From Clostridia bacterium (GTDB taxonomy: Bacteria > Bacillota > Clostridia > Christensenellales > Borkfalkiaceae), in NCBI GenBank assembly GCA_017886895.1, contig JAGHJD010000078.1:10355-74354 (forward strand): a stretch of 64,000 bases of DNA, in the 5' to 3' direction. This document shows positions 1 to 9,790 of the stretch, one piece after another. The first letter of the stretch is position 1. Every line of letters starts with the position of its first letter. A program made the translations under genes and the position numbers. The notes beneath the pieces were generated by a model. It was given only the letters and a program-made list of their open reading frames with translations, made no database searches and was not told the origin of the DNA.

Positions 1-2
1 TC

Positions 3-1670
3 GGGAAAGGCGCGGAAGAACTGACTGCGGCGGAGAGCGCGATGCTTGCCGCGATCATAAAGTCCCCGAGCTCCTACTCTCCGTTCGTCAATGCGGAAAA
101 ATGCGAAAGCGCACGCAACAATATCCTCTCCCGCATGCTTGCACTCGGCACACTCTCCGAAAGCGGCTACGAACAGGCGCGCAAAACGCCGCTTCCGGAA
201 AGGCAGGACAACGCGATCGCCGCGCAGAGCTACCTCGGCGCCGTATGCCGCGAATTTGAAAATCTCCCGCTGTTCTCCCCGTATGCCGTGCGCGGCGGAT
301 GCAAGATCTTTACGTATATGGACGCACGCATGCAGGACTATGCCGAAACGCTGAAAACCACGGCTGACCGCAGCGGAAAAAGCATCGTCATCTGCGACAA
401 CGAAAATTTCGCCGTGAGTGCGCTGTATTCGACCGTAGGCGAACTTCGCCGCCAGCCCGGATCCGTCATCAAGCCGCTCGCCGTCTATGCGCCCGCGATC
501 GAGGAAAACCTGCTCTCGCCCTGCACCCCGATCCTTGACGAAAAAACGGATTTCGACGGTTATTCGCCCTCAAATTACAAGGATGTTTATCACGGCTATG
601 TCTCCGCACGGACGGCGCTTGCCGAAAGCCTGAACGTGCCCGCCGTAAAAGTTCTGCGCATGCTCGGCACGGAAAAGAGCGGACAATACCTCTCCCGCCT
701 CGGGCTCACTCTGAAAGATACCGATAAAAATCTTTCGCTCGCACTCGGCGGCATGGCGGAGGGCTATTCGCTGACCGAACTTGCAGGAGCTTACAGCAGT
801 TTTGCGCACAAGGGCAGCTATGCTTCGCCCGCATTTATCCGCCGCATAGAAGATACCAACGGAAAAGTTCTGTACGAGCGCTCGCCGTCGCCCGTGCATG
901 TTTTCAGCGAAGACACAGCGGAACTGATCAACAGCATGCTGTCTGCCGCGGTCACAGAAGGGACCGCAAAAAAACTCGCGGTACTGCCCTTTTCCGTCTG
1001 TGCCAAAACGGGCACATGCGGCACCGACGCGGGAAACACAGACGCGTATGCGATAGGCTATACCGCACAGCATACCGTCGCCGTCTGGATGGGAAATGCC
1101 GACAATACGCTGACCGACATTTCGGGCGGCGGGCTGCCCTGCCACTACGCCATGCTGCTCTTTAAAAAACTTTATGCAGAACGCACCCCGACGCCGCTCG
1201 CCGAGGGAGCCGCCATACCCTGCCGCATCGACCTTGCGACCTACGAACGCGACCATATCGTTGCCCGCGCAAGCGACAGCGAACCGGACAAATATACGGC
1301 GACCGAACTCTTCCGCAGAAACAACCTGCCGAAAGCAGAGAGCAACGTCTTTACCGCTCCGAACGCCAATGCGGCGATCCGCTGTGAAAACGGTATCGTA
1401 TGTATCGAATTATGCGACACAGAGTACTACTCATATACCATCAAACGTGAATGCAACGGGGAAACAGCTACAATATTTGACGGAAAATCAGAAAAACTCT
1501 TCTACGACAAAACTCTGAAACCAAACAAACGGTATACCTACACCGTACAGCCGTACTTCATCGGAAACACGGGAAAACGGATCCTCGGGAAAAAAGTGAC
1601 GCTCCCGGCTGTCTGCATAAAGGAAAATTCCGCACCCGATGCCAAATACGGCGAATGGTGGAAAGCCTGA
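3..1670 (+). CDS. Class A penicillin-binding protein (transglycosylase/transpeptidase), 5'-truncated by window, with C-terminal Fn3-like domain
   Basis: Frame open from window start (GKGAEELTAAESAMLA, end of transglycosylase domain); SxxK (GSVIK), SxN (SLN) and KTG (AKTGT) motifs; LKPNKRYTYTVQ Fn3-like tail. Confidence 0.9.
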   Translation, partial: GKGAEELTAAESAMLAAIIKSPSSYSPFVNAEKCESARNNILSRMLALGTLSESGYEQARKTPLPERQDNAIAAQSYLGAVCREFENLPLFSPYAVRGGCKIFTYMDARMQDYAETLKTTADRSGKSIVICDNENFAVSALYSTVGELRRQPGSVIKPLAVYAPAIEENLLSPCTPILDEKTDFDGYSPSNYKDVYHGYVSARTALAESLNVPAVKVLRMLGTEKSGQYLSRLGLTLKDTDKNLSLALGGMAEGYSLTELAGAYSSFAHKGSYASPAFIRRIEDTNGKVLYERSPSPVHVFSEDTAELINSMLSAAVTEGTAKKLAVLPFSVCAKTGTCGTDAGNTDAYAIGYTAQHTVAVWMGNADNTLTDISGGGLPCHYAMLLFKKLYAERTPTPLAEGAAIPCRIDLATYERDHIVARASDSEPDKYTATELFRRNNLPKAESNVFTAPNANAAIRCENGIVCIELCDTEYYSYTIKRECNGETATIFDGKSEKLFYDKTLKPNKRYTYTVQPYFIGNTGKRILGKKVTLPAVCIKENSAPDAKYGEWWKA

Positions 1671-1697
1671 CAAGGCTAAAATACCGGACGATGCAAG

Positions 1698-1725
1698 AAA
1701 ACTCCCCTGCCTCGGGGAGTTTTTT
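1698..1725. terminator. Bidirectional intrinsic terminator between PBP and thiI
   Basis: AAAACTCCCC-tgcctc-GGGGAGTTTTTT between convergent genes. Confidence 0.8.
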
Positions 1726-1730
1726 CAGCA

Positions 1731-2888
1731 TCAGGACAGCCGGAGCGTCTCAGCCGAATCAAGGGCGGCGCCGACCAGCTTTTCAATATCCAGCTTATTC
1801 TCTGCCCGTTCCACTTCAGCAAGATCGGGACGGATGAGCGGGTGCTTGGGAAGGAATACCGTGCAGCAGTCCTCGTAAGGAAGGATCGATGTTTCATAGG
1901 TGCCGATCCTGCGGGAGATCTCAATGATTTCCGTCTTGTCAAACCCGATGAGCGGACGCAGCACGGGAAACCGTTCGAGAACGGATTCGGAGGAGGTGAT
2001 CCCCTCTATCGTCTGGCTTGCGACCTGCCCGAGGCTTTCGCCCGTTACGATACACTGTGCGCCCGTCTTCTTCCCGATGCGCTCTGCTATCCGCATCATA
2101 AACCTGCGCAGCAGCGTGATCATCATCTCCGCTGGGCACAGCCTGTGTATTTCTTCCTGAATATGCGTTACGCTTACAACGTGCAGCGTCAGCCCGCAGG
2201 TATATTCTGAAAGGATGCGCGCAAGTTCCTCCACTTTTTCGCGCGCCTGCAAATTCGTATAGGGATAACTGTGAAAATGGATCGCCTCCAACTGCATGCC
2301 GCGCTTTGCGATCATATACCCCGCGACCGGACTGTCGATGCCGCCGGAAAGAAGCAGCATCCCGCGCCCCGCCGTTCCGACGGGCATGCCGCCCGCACCT
2401 TTGACGTATGCCCCGAACACGAGCGCCGTTCCGTTCTCCCGTATATCGATGTAGACGACATGCTGCGGATCATGCACGTCCACTTTGAGCCGAGGATTTG
2501 CAGAGAGCAGCCGACCGCCGATCTCCGCATTCATCTGCATGGAGTCGAGCGGGAACTTTTTGTCGGCGCGGTTGGTCTGCACTTTAAACGTCCCGTCCTG
2601 CGGCGCGACCGCAAGCACGGCTGACCAAATGGAATCCATATCCGCAGAAACTTTGTAAGCGACGCTCAGCGTATGCGTGCCGAACACTTTTGACAGGCGG
2701 GCAACGATCTCATCCGCACGCGATTCATCGAAATTTTCCACGATGTAGCGGCCGCTCGGGCGGCGGATCTCATGGCGGATCCCCCTGAGCGCGCGCTCAA
2801 GATTTTCCTGAAAAACTTTTTCAAAGTACCCGCGGTTATTCCCTTTCAGGTGTATCTCGCAGTATCGTACGATTATGACTTTTTCCAT
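1731..2888 (-). CDS. thiI: tRNA 4-thiouridine synthase ThiI (no rhodanese domain)
   Basis: EIHLKGNNR N-terminus, THUMP domain, PP-loop SGGIDS, GESLGQVASQT, PYEDCC. Confidence 0.95.
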   Translation of the reverse strand: MEKVIIVRYCEIHLKGNNRGYFEKVFQENLERALRGIRHEIRRPSGRYIVENFDESRADEIVARLSKVFGTHTLSVAYKVSADMDSIWSAVLAVAPQDGTFKVQTNRADKKFPLDSMQMNAEIGGRLLSANPRLKVDVHDPQHVVYIDIRENGTALVFGAYVKGAGGMPVGTAGRGMLLLSGGIDSPVAGYMIAKRGMQLEAIHFHSYPYTNLQAREKVEELARILSEYTCGLTLHVVSVTHIQEEIHRLCPAEMMITLLRRFMMRIAERIGKKTGAQCIVTGESLGQVASQTIEGITSSESVLERFPVLRPLIGFDKTEIIEISRRIGTYETSILPYEDCCTVFLPKHPLIRPDLAEVERAENKLDIEKLVGAALDSAETLRLS

Positions 2889-2894
2889 AGAAAA

Positions 2895-4013
2895 TCACCT
2901 CGTCTTTTCACGCAGCTCTGCGGCGCAGGCATTCAGGATCGCCGCCGCGCGGCACGCATCCTCTTCCTGTTCCGTGCCGAAGAAGGAAAGACGCAGCACG
3001 CCGTCTGCAGTCTGCTCGTCTGCACCGCAGGCGAGAATCACACGGCTGTAACGGTTGCGCGAGGAACAGGCAGACCCCGTTCCGACCAACAGACCGCGCT
3101 CGTTTGCCATATGCTGCAACACCTCTCCGCGCAAACCTCTTGCCGAGACGCTCAGAATAAACGGCGACCCGTTTTCGGGCGAGAGCGGAAGAAAGAGCGA
3201 CCGATCGAGCTGTTCTCGAAGGCACGCATTCAGACGCGTCGCCTGCCGGCGGTACGCTGCAAGATCGCGCATCCTCTTCTCTGCGATTTCGGCAAATTGC
3301 AGGATCGCAAAGGTGTTTTCCGTTCCGCTGCGCAGCCCGTTCTCCTGCCCGCCGCCGAACAACAGCGGCGCAAGCGGAACGCCTTTTTTGCGCAGCAGTG
3401 CCGCGACGCCGCGCACTCCGCCGATCTTATGTGCGCTGATCGTATAAAAATCGACTGCGGGCGGCAAGACGAAGGAGAGTTTCCCGAAGGCCTGCACGCC
3501 GTCGCTTTGAAACAGCGTTCTCCTGTTTTTTTTCTTGACCGCCGCCGCGAGCCCCGCGACGTCATTGACCGCACCCGTCTCATTGTTCACATGAATGACG
3601 GACACGAGCGATGTATTTTCGTCAACTTTGGAGAGAAGGTCGTCCGCATCGACGCTGCCGTCCGCACGCAGGCGCGCGAACCGCACTTCCATACCGCGGC
3701 GCGCAAGCTCCTTCGCGCTCGCATACACCGCCGCATGCTCCCCCTCCGTCGTAACAAAGTTTCCGCGCCGCGCGGCAGAGAATATGACCTGATTATCCGC
3801 CTCCGTGCCCGAACCCGTAAAAATCAGCTCAAAGCCCTGCGGCGCAATACAGGCAAGGATACGCCTGCGCGCATCGTTAAGCGCCCGATGCACTTCAAAC
3901 CCCTCGCGGTAGAGCGCAGAGGGGTTAAAGAAATCTTCATTCAGATAGCGCTGTGCAGCAGAGACGCTCTCCGCGTCCGGACGCGTCGTTGCCGCGTTGT
4001 CAAAATAAATCAT
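2895..4013 (-). CDS. Cysteine desulfurase (NifS/IscS family, ThiI-associated NifZ-like)
   Basis: MIYFDNAATT start (ATGA overlap with upstream stop), SAHK PLP lysine, RSGTEN, GSACSS catalytic Cys; adjacent to thiI. Confidence 0.9.
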   Translation of the reverse strand: MIYFDNAATTRPDAESVSAAQRYLNEDFFNPSALYREGFEVHRALNDARRRILACIAPQGFELIFTGSGTEADNQVIFSAARRGNFVTTEGEHAAVYASAKELARRGMEVRFARLRADGSVDADDLLSKVDENTSLVSVIHVNNETGAVNDVAGLAAAVKKKNRRTLFQSDGVQAFGKLSFVLPPAVDFYTISAHKIGGVRGVAALLRKKGVPLAPLLFGGGQENGLRSGTENTFAILQFAEIAEKRMRDLAAYRRQATRLNACLREQLDRSLFLPLSPENGSPFILSVSARGLRGEVLQHMANERGLLVGTGSACSSRNRYSRVILACGADEQTADGVLRLSFFGTEQEEDACRAAAILNACAAELREKTR

Positions 4014-4633
4014 TTTTTCATGAAATCCGATGCAAGAATACGGCGGTTCTGATTGTTGCGATACACCGTTGCGATAAATTGCGGACGGCATTCAAGCACT
4101 AAAAGGCGCTTTCCGACTTTTGTTGCCGCCTGAATATAGAAAAATTCCTTTTCGTCATCCGTCTCTTCGTTCGGGGTCAGAATGTCTTCCTTACAGTCCG
4201 GCGAACGCTTCAGTTTATCATACGAATCGCCTCCCACCCTGCCGATCAGGATGAGCTGTTCATCCGTCAGACGATACAAAACTTTCCGCTTTCTGTCATG
4301 AATGACTTTGGCGATGCGCAGTTCGCCGCTGACATAGGTGTAATCGTAACTGATGTAAAAATTGTGACGCTTTATTCTGAACAAAACGCCTGTCAGGAAC
4401 AACAAAACGATTATGACCGCAAGGATCAGAAGCTGTATCCAGACGTCTGACGTATCCACCGATTCTGCCGTTTCGCTGTCTACCGGCATGAACAGCAGCA
4501 TAAACAAAAACAGCAGAACGAGCACCGCCAGAACAAATCCTACAATTGAAATGACGGAAAATACGGTATACCAGCGCTTAGCCTTTTTGTCATCGCGCAG
4601 GGCCGCGCTCTCTTCAATAAAAATTTCCTGCAT
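4010..4633 (-). CDS. Hypothetical membrane protein (2 TM helices plus soluble domain; DUF6106-like)
   Basis: Two hydrophobic segments then YDYTYVSGELRIAKVI..RKRK; tightly packed in operon. Confidence 0.65.
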   Translation of the reverse strand: MQEIFIEESAALRDDKKAKRWYTVFSVISIVGFVLAVLVLLFLFMLLFMPVDSETAESVDTSDVWIQLLILAVIIVLLFLTGVLFRIKRHNFYISYDYTYVSGELRIAKVIHDRKRKVLYRLTDEQLILIGRVGGDSYDKLKRSPDCKEDILTPNEETDDEKEFFYIQAATKVGKRLLVLECRPQFIATVYRNNQNRRILASDFMKK

Positions 4634-4648
4634 AGCGCCTTCTCCGCA

Positions 4649-7600
4649 TCAGAATTCAACGGTACCCTCAAACACCAGCTTTGCACTGCCAGTCAGCGTG
4701 ACCGTGCCGTCGGAAGCATAGCGCGCGATAAGATCGCCGCCGCGCACTTTGACGGTAATGTCCTCGTCTTTTTTGCAGTATCCGTTCAGAACAGCCGCGA
4801 CCACGCTCGCAGCCGCGCCCGTACCGCACGCAAGCGTCTCGCCGTTGCCGCGCTCCCAGACGCGCATTTTCAGTGTTTTCGGATTGACGACGCGCACAAA
4901 CTCGGCGTTGACGCGCTGCGGGAAGTAAGCGGCATATTCAAACAGCGGGCCGACGTTCGCAAGATCGACCGCATCCACTTTATCACAGAACACGACGCAG
5001 TGCGGATTGCCGACGTTGACGAGCGTCACCTTATACGGCTGCCCGCCCACAACGATCTCGCGCGCGACGACTGTCTCCCCTTCCAAAGTGGACGGAATGA
5101 GCTTGCCGTTCAGCTCTGCCTTGCCCATATTGACGCTGACCGAGCCGACCGACCCACTGAAAGTGTACAGCGTGAGTTCCTTGACGCCGCTGAGCGTCTC
5201 GATCTTCATGTGCTCGTTTTTGACAAATCCGTTGTCAAAGAGATATTTTGCAACGCAGCGGATGGAATTGCCCGCCATACGCCCCTCGCTCCCGTCCCTG
5301 TTGAAGATGCGCATTTTCGCATCCGCAACGTCGGAACGCTCGATGAGCGTAATGCCGTCCCCGCCTATGCCGTAATGCCTGTCCGCAAAATTGATCGCGA
5401 GCGACTCGGGGCAGGTGATCTTCCCGTCCATATTGTCAAAGAAGATATAGTCGTTGCCGCAGCTCTGCATCTTCACGAACTTGAGTTTCGTCTTTTCCGT
5501 GCGCAGATTGTTTATATCGACGAGCTCTGTATTGTTCTCGTTGAACCTGCTGGCGATAATGTCCGCGAGCGCGTTCGCCGTATCGAGAGAGGTGAGCGTC
5601 GTGATGCCGAGCAAAACCGCGTGATGATGCATGCGGATATAGTCATTGATCGAATCCATATCCGTCTTGCCCGTATAGACGATATAATCGATCTTCCCCT
5701 CGTCCATCAGGCGCATGATCTCGTCGCTCTGCGACAGCCTGTCAACATTCGTTACGTCGATGCCGAGCGTGCGGATCGTCTCCGCCGTGCCCGCCGTCGC
5801 ATACAGTTTCAGACCGAGGTCGCTGAACTTCTTGGCAAGCCCCGGGATCTCGAACTTATCCTGGTCGTTGATCGTGAAATAGACGCCGACCTCACGCTGT
5901 TTGGTCGGATGGCACAGCTTGAACCCCGCCGAGACCAGCCCTTTGAAGAGCGCCTCCTCTATCGTCTTGCCGATGCCGAGCACCTCGCCCGTAGACTTCA
6001 TTTCGGGCCCGAGCTGCGAATTGACGTCGTTCAGTTTTTCAAAGGAAAAGACGGGCACCTTCACCGCAACATATGGGGAAGTCCTGTACAGCCCCGTGCC
6101 GTAGCCGAGGTCTTTCAGCTTCTGCCCTACGATAATTTTTGTGGCAAGCTCTACCATCGGTACGCCCGTAACCTTTGAAATATACGGGATCGTACGCGAC
6201 GCGCGCGGATTCACCTCGATGACGTACAGTTCGCTGTGATAGACGAGGAACTGGATATTGATCAGCCCCTTTGTCTTGAGCGAAAGCGCAAGCTGCGTGG
6301 AGCATTCGATGATCTTATCCAACATGATGTCGCTGAGGTTGTACGGCGGATAGACCGCGATGGAGTCGCCGCTGTGCACGCCTGCGCGCTCAATATGCTG
6401 CATGATGCCGGGGATGAGCACGTCCGTACCGTCGCTGATGACGTCCACCTCCAGCTCCTGTCCCATGAGATATTTGTCGCAGAGCACGGGGTTTTCGATA
6501 TGCTGTGCGAGAATGACGTCCATGTAGCGGGAGATGTCGTTTTCGGTGAACGCGATCGTCATGTTCTGCCCGCCGATGACGTACGAAGGGCGCAGCAGCA
6601 CGGGATAGCCGAGCTTGTCTGCGGCGGCGAGCGCCTCCTCCTTCGTCATGACGGTCAGCCCCTTCGGGCGGCTGATGCCGAACTGTTCCAGAAGTTCGTC
6701 GAACCGCTCGCGGTCCTCCGCCATGTCCACGCTGTCGGCGGAAGTTCCGAGGATGCGCACCCCCTTCTTGTCGAGATAGTTGCACAGTTTGATCGCCGTC
6801 TGCCCGCCGAAGGTGATCACGACGCCGTACGGCTTTTCCCTGTCAATGACGTTCTGCACGTCCTCCGGGGTCAGCGGCTCGAAATACAGCCTGTCCGCCG
6901 TATCGAAGTCCGTGGAGACCGTCTCGGGGTTGTTGTTGATGATGATGACCTCGTAGCCGAGCTCTTTCAGCGTCCAGACGCAGTGCACGGAGGAATAGTC
7001 GAATTCGATACCCTGCCCGATGCGGATGGGCCCCGAACCGATGACGATGATGCGTTTCTTTGTGCTCTCCCTGATGAAAGGCGTCGCCTCGTCGTGCGAT
7101 TCCTCATCGTAAGTCGAATAGAAATACGGCGTCTCCGCTGAAAATTCCGCCGCACAGGTATCGACCATTTTGTAGACCGCGCGCCTGTGATACGGGATCT
7201 TCTTTCCCGAAAGTTTTTCTATCTCCGAATCGGGATAACCGAGGCGCTTGCCCTCCTCGTACAGCTCTTTGGTGAGCGGTTCGGAGGCAAGGCGCGTCTC
7301 AAACCCGACGAGATTTTCAAGTTTATGCAGGAACCAGCGGTCGATCTTCGTAATGGAGAAGATCTCATCGACGGAGATCCCCGCTTTCAGCGCCGCAAAG
7401 ACGGTGAAGAGGCGCTCGTCCGAGAGCTTTTTCAGCTCTTCGCGCAGATCTTTCCCCTCGTATTTATCGAGGTTGAGAGAGGCGAGAGAGATCTCCGCGC
7501 CGCGCACCGCCTTCATGATCGCCATTTCAAAGCTCGTGCCGATCGACATTACCTCGCCCGTCGCTTTCATGCGCGTGCCGAGTTCGCGTTTTGCATACAG

Positions 7601-8695
7601 GAACTTATCGAAGGGCCATTTCGGCAGCTTCACGACAACATAGTCGAGCGTAGGCTCGAAACAGGCAAACGTCTTGCCCGTGACGTCGTTTTTGATCTCG
7701 TCCAGCGTGTAGCCGAGCGCGATCTTTGTTGCGACCTTCGCAATGGGATACCCCGTCGCCTTGGACGCGAGCGCGGAGGAACGCGACACGCGGGGATTGA
7801 CTTCGATGACGGAATACTCAAAGGAGTCGGGATTGAGCGCGAACTGGCAGTTGCACCCGCCCTCGATGCCGAGTTCGGAGATGATATTCAGCGACGCCGT
7901 ACGCAGCATCTGATATTCCTTATCCGAGAGGGTCAGGCAGGGCGCGACGACGATGGAGTCGCCCGTGTGGATGCCGACGGGGTCGAAATTCTCCATCGAG
8001 CAGACGGTGAGCACGTTGCCCGCACCGTCGCGCAGAACTTCAAATTCGATCTCCTTCCAGCCGTAGATATACTTTTCGACGAGCACCTGCGTGATCGGCG
8101 AGAGCATCAGCCCGTTGTGCGAGACGGAGCGCAGCTCCTCCTCGTTATAGGCGACGCCGCCGCCCGCGCCGCCCAGCGTAAAGGCGGGGCGGATAATGAC
8201 GGGATAGCCGATCCTGTTCGCGACCTCGACGCACTCCTCCACCGTATAGGCGATGTCGGAGGGAACGACGGGCTGCCCGATCTTCTGCATCGTCTCCTTG
8301 AAGAGTTCCCTGTCCTCCGCCCTGTCGATGGCGTCCACCTTCGTGCCGATGAGCTTGACGCCCCACTTATCGAGGAACCCCTCTTTCGCGAGCTTGCAGC
8401 CCATGGTCAGACCCGTCTGCCCGCCGAGCGAAGCGAGAAGGCTGTCCGGACGCTCTTTGATGATGATGCGTTTGAGGGAATCGAGCGTGAGCGGTTCGAG
8501 GTAGATCTCGTCCGCAAGCGCCTTGTCCGTCATGATCGTCGCGGGGTTGGAATTGCAGAGAACGACGTTCACGCCCGCGTCTTTCAGAACGCGGCACGCC
8601 TGTGCGCCCGCATAGTCAAATTCAGCCGCCTGCCCGATGACGATCGGCCCCGAGCCGATCACGAGTACCTTTTTAATATCGCTCCTCTTAGGCAT
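4649..8695 (-). CDS. carB: Carbamoyl-phosphate synthase large subunit fused to a C-terminal DapF-fold domain (1348 aa)
   Basis: GSGPIVIGQAAEFDY, two ATP-grasp halves, MGS domain; then KFVKMQSCGNDY, GIGGDG, NVGNPHCV, WERGNGETLACGTG (DapF) in one frame. Confidence 0.95.
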   Translation of the reverse strand: MPKRSDIKKVLVIGSGPIVIGQAAEFDYAGAQACRVLKDAGVNVVLCNSNPATIMTDKALADEIYLEPLTLDSLKRIIIKERPDSLLASLGGQTGLTMGCKLAKEGFLDKWGVKLIGTKVDAIDRAEDRELFKETMQKIGQPVVPSDIAYTVEECVEVANRIGYPVIIRPAFTLGGAGGGVAYNEEELRSVSHNGLMLSPITQVLVEKYIYGWKEIEFEVLRDGAGNVLTVCSMENFDPVGIHTGDSIVVAPCLTLSDKEYQMLRTASLNIISELGIEGGCNCQFALNPDSFEYSVIEVNPRVSRSSALASKATGYPIAKVATKIALGYTLDEIKNDVTGKTFACFEPTLDYVVVKLPKWPFDKFLYAKRELGTRMKATGEVMSIGTSFEMAIMKAVRGAEISLASLNLDKYEGKDLREELKKLSDERLFTVFAALKAGISVDEIFSITKIDRWFLHKLENLVGFETRLASEPLTKELYEEGKRLGYPDSEIEKLSGKKIPYHRRAVYKMVDTCAAEFSAETPYFYSTYDEESHDEATPFIRESTKKRIIVIGSGPIRIGQGIEFDYSSVHCVWTLKELGYEVIIINNNPETVSTDFDTADRLYFEPLTPEDVQNVIDREKPYGVVITFGGQTAIKLCNYLDKKGVRILGTSADSVDMAEDRERFDELLEQFGISRPKGLTVMTKEEALAAADKLGYPVLLRPSYVIGGQNMTIAFTENDISRYMDVILAQHIENPVLCDKYLMGQELEVDVISDGTDVLIPGIMQHIERAGVHSGDSIAVYPPYNLSDIMLDKIIECSTQLALSLKTKGLINIQFLVYHSELYVIEVNPRASRTIPYISKVTGVPMVELATKIIVGQKLKDLGYGTGLYRTSPYVAVKVPVFSFEKLNDVNSQLGPEMKSTGEVLGIGKTIEEALFKGLVSAGFKLCHPTKQREVGVYFTINDQDKFEIPGLAKKFSDLGLKLYATAGTAETIRTLGIDVTNVDRLSQSDEIMRLMDEGKIDYIVYTGKTDMDSINDYIRMHHHAVLLGITTLTSLDTANALADIIASRFNENNTELVDINNLRTEKTKLKFVKMQSCGNDYIFFDNMDGKITCPESLAINFADRHYGIGGDGITLIERSDVADAKMRIFNRDGSEGRMAGNSIRCVAKYLFDNGFVKNEHMKIETLSGVKELTLYTFSGSVGSVSVNMGKAELNGKLIPSTLEGETVVAREIVVGGQPYKVTLVNVGNPHCVVFCDKVDAVDLANVGPLFEYAAYFPQRVNAEFVRVVNPKTLKMRVWERGNGETLACGTGAAASVVAAVLNGYCKKDEDITVKVRGGDLIARYASDGTVTLTGSAKLVFEGTVEF

Positions 8696-9767
8696 GGCGC
8701 GTGCCTCCTTTGCTGATATTGTTCATGAAACGGTCAAACAGATAGGACGCGTCCAGCGGACCTGCACACGCCTCGGGATGGAACTGCACCGTAAAGGCGT
8801 TCAGCGCGTCATAGTCCACGCCCTCGCAGGTATTGTCGTTCGCGTTCACAAAGCTGAGTTTTCCGACTTTTGCGATCGAATCGCTGAGCACTTCATAGCC
8901 ATGGTTCTGGCTGGAGATATAGACCCTGCCCGTCTCCAGATGTTTGACAGGCTGGTTGACGCCGCGGTGCCCGTACTTCATCTTTTTCGTCTTCCCGCCC
9001 ATGGCGAGCGCAAAGAGCTGATGGCCGAGGCAGATACCGAAGATTGGCAGCTTCCCCGCGAGCTTGCGGATATTTTCGATGATGCCGACGTTCTCGGCGG
9101 GATCGCCGGGGCCGTTGGTGAGCATCAGCCCGTCAGGCTTGAGCGCGAGGATCTGTTCCGCCGTGTACGAGGCGGGCACGCGGATGACGTGGCAGCCGCG
9201 CTTGACGAGCTCGCGCGCGATATTTTCTTTGGAGCCGAAGTCCCACAGGACGATCTTGCGGCGGTTTCCCTGCCCGTATTCGACGACTTCGGAACAGGTG
9301 ACGCTCTCGACCGCATTGCGCACGGCATAGCGGGAGATCGCCACTATATCCGTCTGCGGCGACGAGGAGATGACCGCATTCATCACGCCCGTTTCGCGCA
9401 CGATGCGCGTGAGCTGCCGCGTATCGATCCCGTACACGCCGACGATGCCGCACTCTTTCAGATAGGCATCCAGCTTTCCGTCGCAGCGGAAGTTGGACGG
9501 CTGTTCGCAGAATTCGCGCACGATATACCCCGAGAGGAAGGGTTTGCGGCTCTCCGCATCGGCGCGGATCATGCCGTAATTGCCGATCAGGGGGAACGTC
9601 TGTATGACGATCTGTCCGTAATAGCTCGGGTCGGTGAGCGTCTCGATATACCCCGTCATGCCGGTCGTGAACACGAGTTCGCCGAGCACGTCGCCATCGG
9701 CGCCGAAACGCTTTCCTTCATACACCTGCCCGTTCTGCAGCGTAAGATACACTTTTTTTTCTTTCAT
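8688..9767 (-). CDS. carA: Carbamoyl-phosphate synthase small (glutaminase) subunit
   Basis: GELVFTTGMTGY, GICLGHQ, QFHPEA; start placed at MKEKKVYL after GAGG. Confidence 0.95.
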   Translation of the reverse strand: MKEKKVYLTLQNGQVYEGKRFGADGDVLGELVFTTGMTGYIETLTDPSYYGQIVIQTFPLIGNYGMIRADAESRKPFLSGYIVREFCEQPSNFRCDGKLDAYLKECGIVGVYGIDTRQLTRIVRETGVMNAVISSSPQTDIVAISRYAVRNAVESVTCSEVVEYGQGNRRKIVLWDFGSKENIARELVKRGCHVIRVPASYTAEQILALKPDGLMLTNGPGDPAENVGIIENIRKLAGKLPIFGICLGHQLFALAMGGKTKKMKYGHRGVNQPVKHLETGRVYISSQNHGYEVLSDSIAKVGKLSFVNANDNTCEGVDYDALNAFTVQFHPEACAGPLDASYLFDRFMNNISKGGTRHA

Positions 9768-9790
9768 GGAACTTCCTCTGCCCGTACGGT

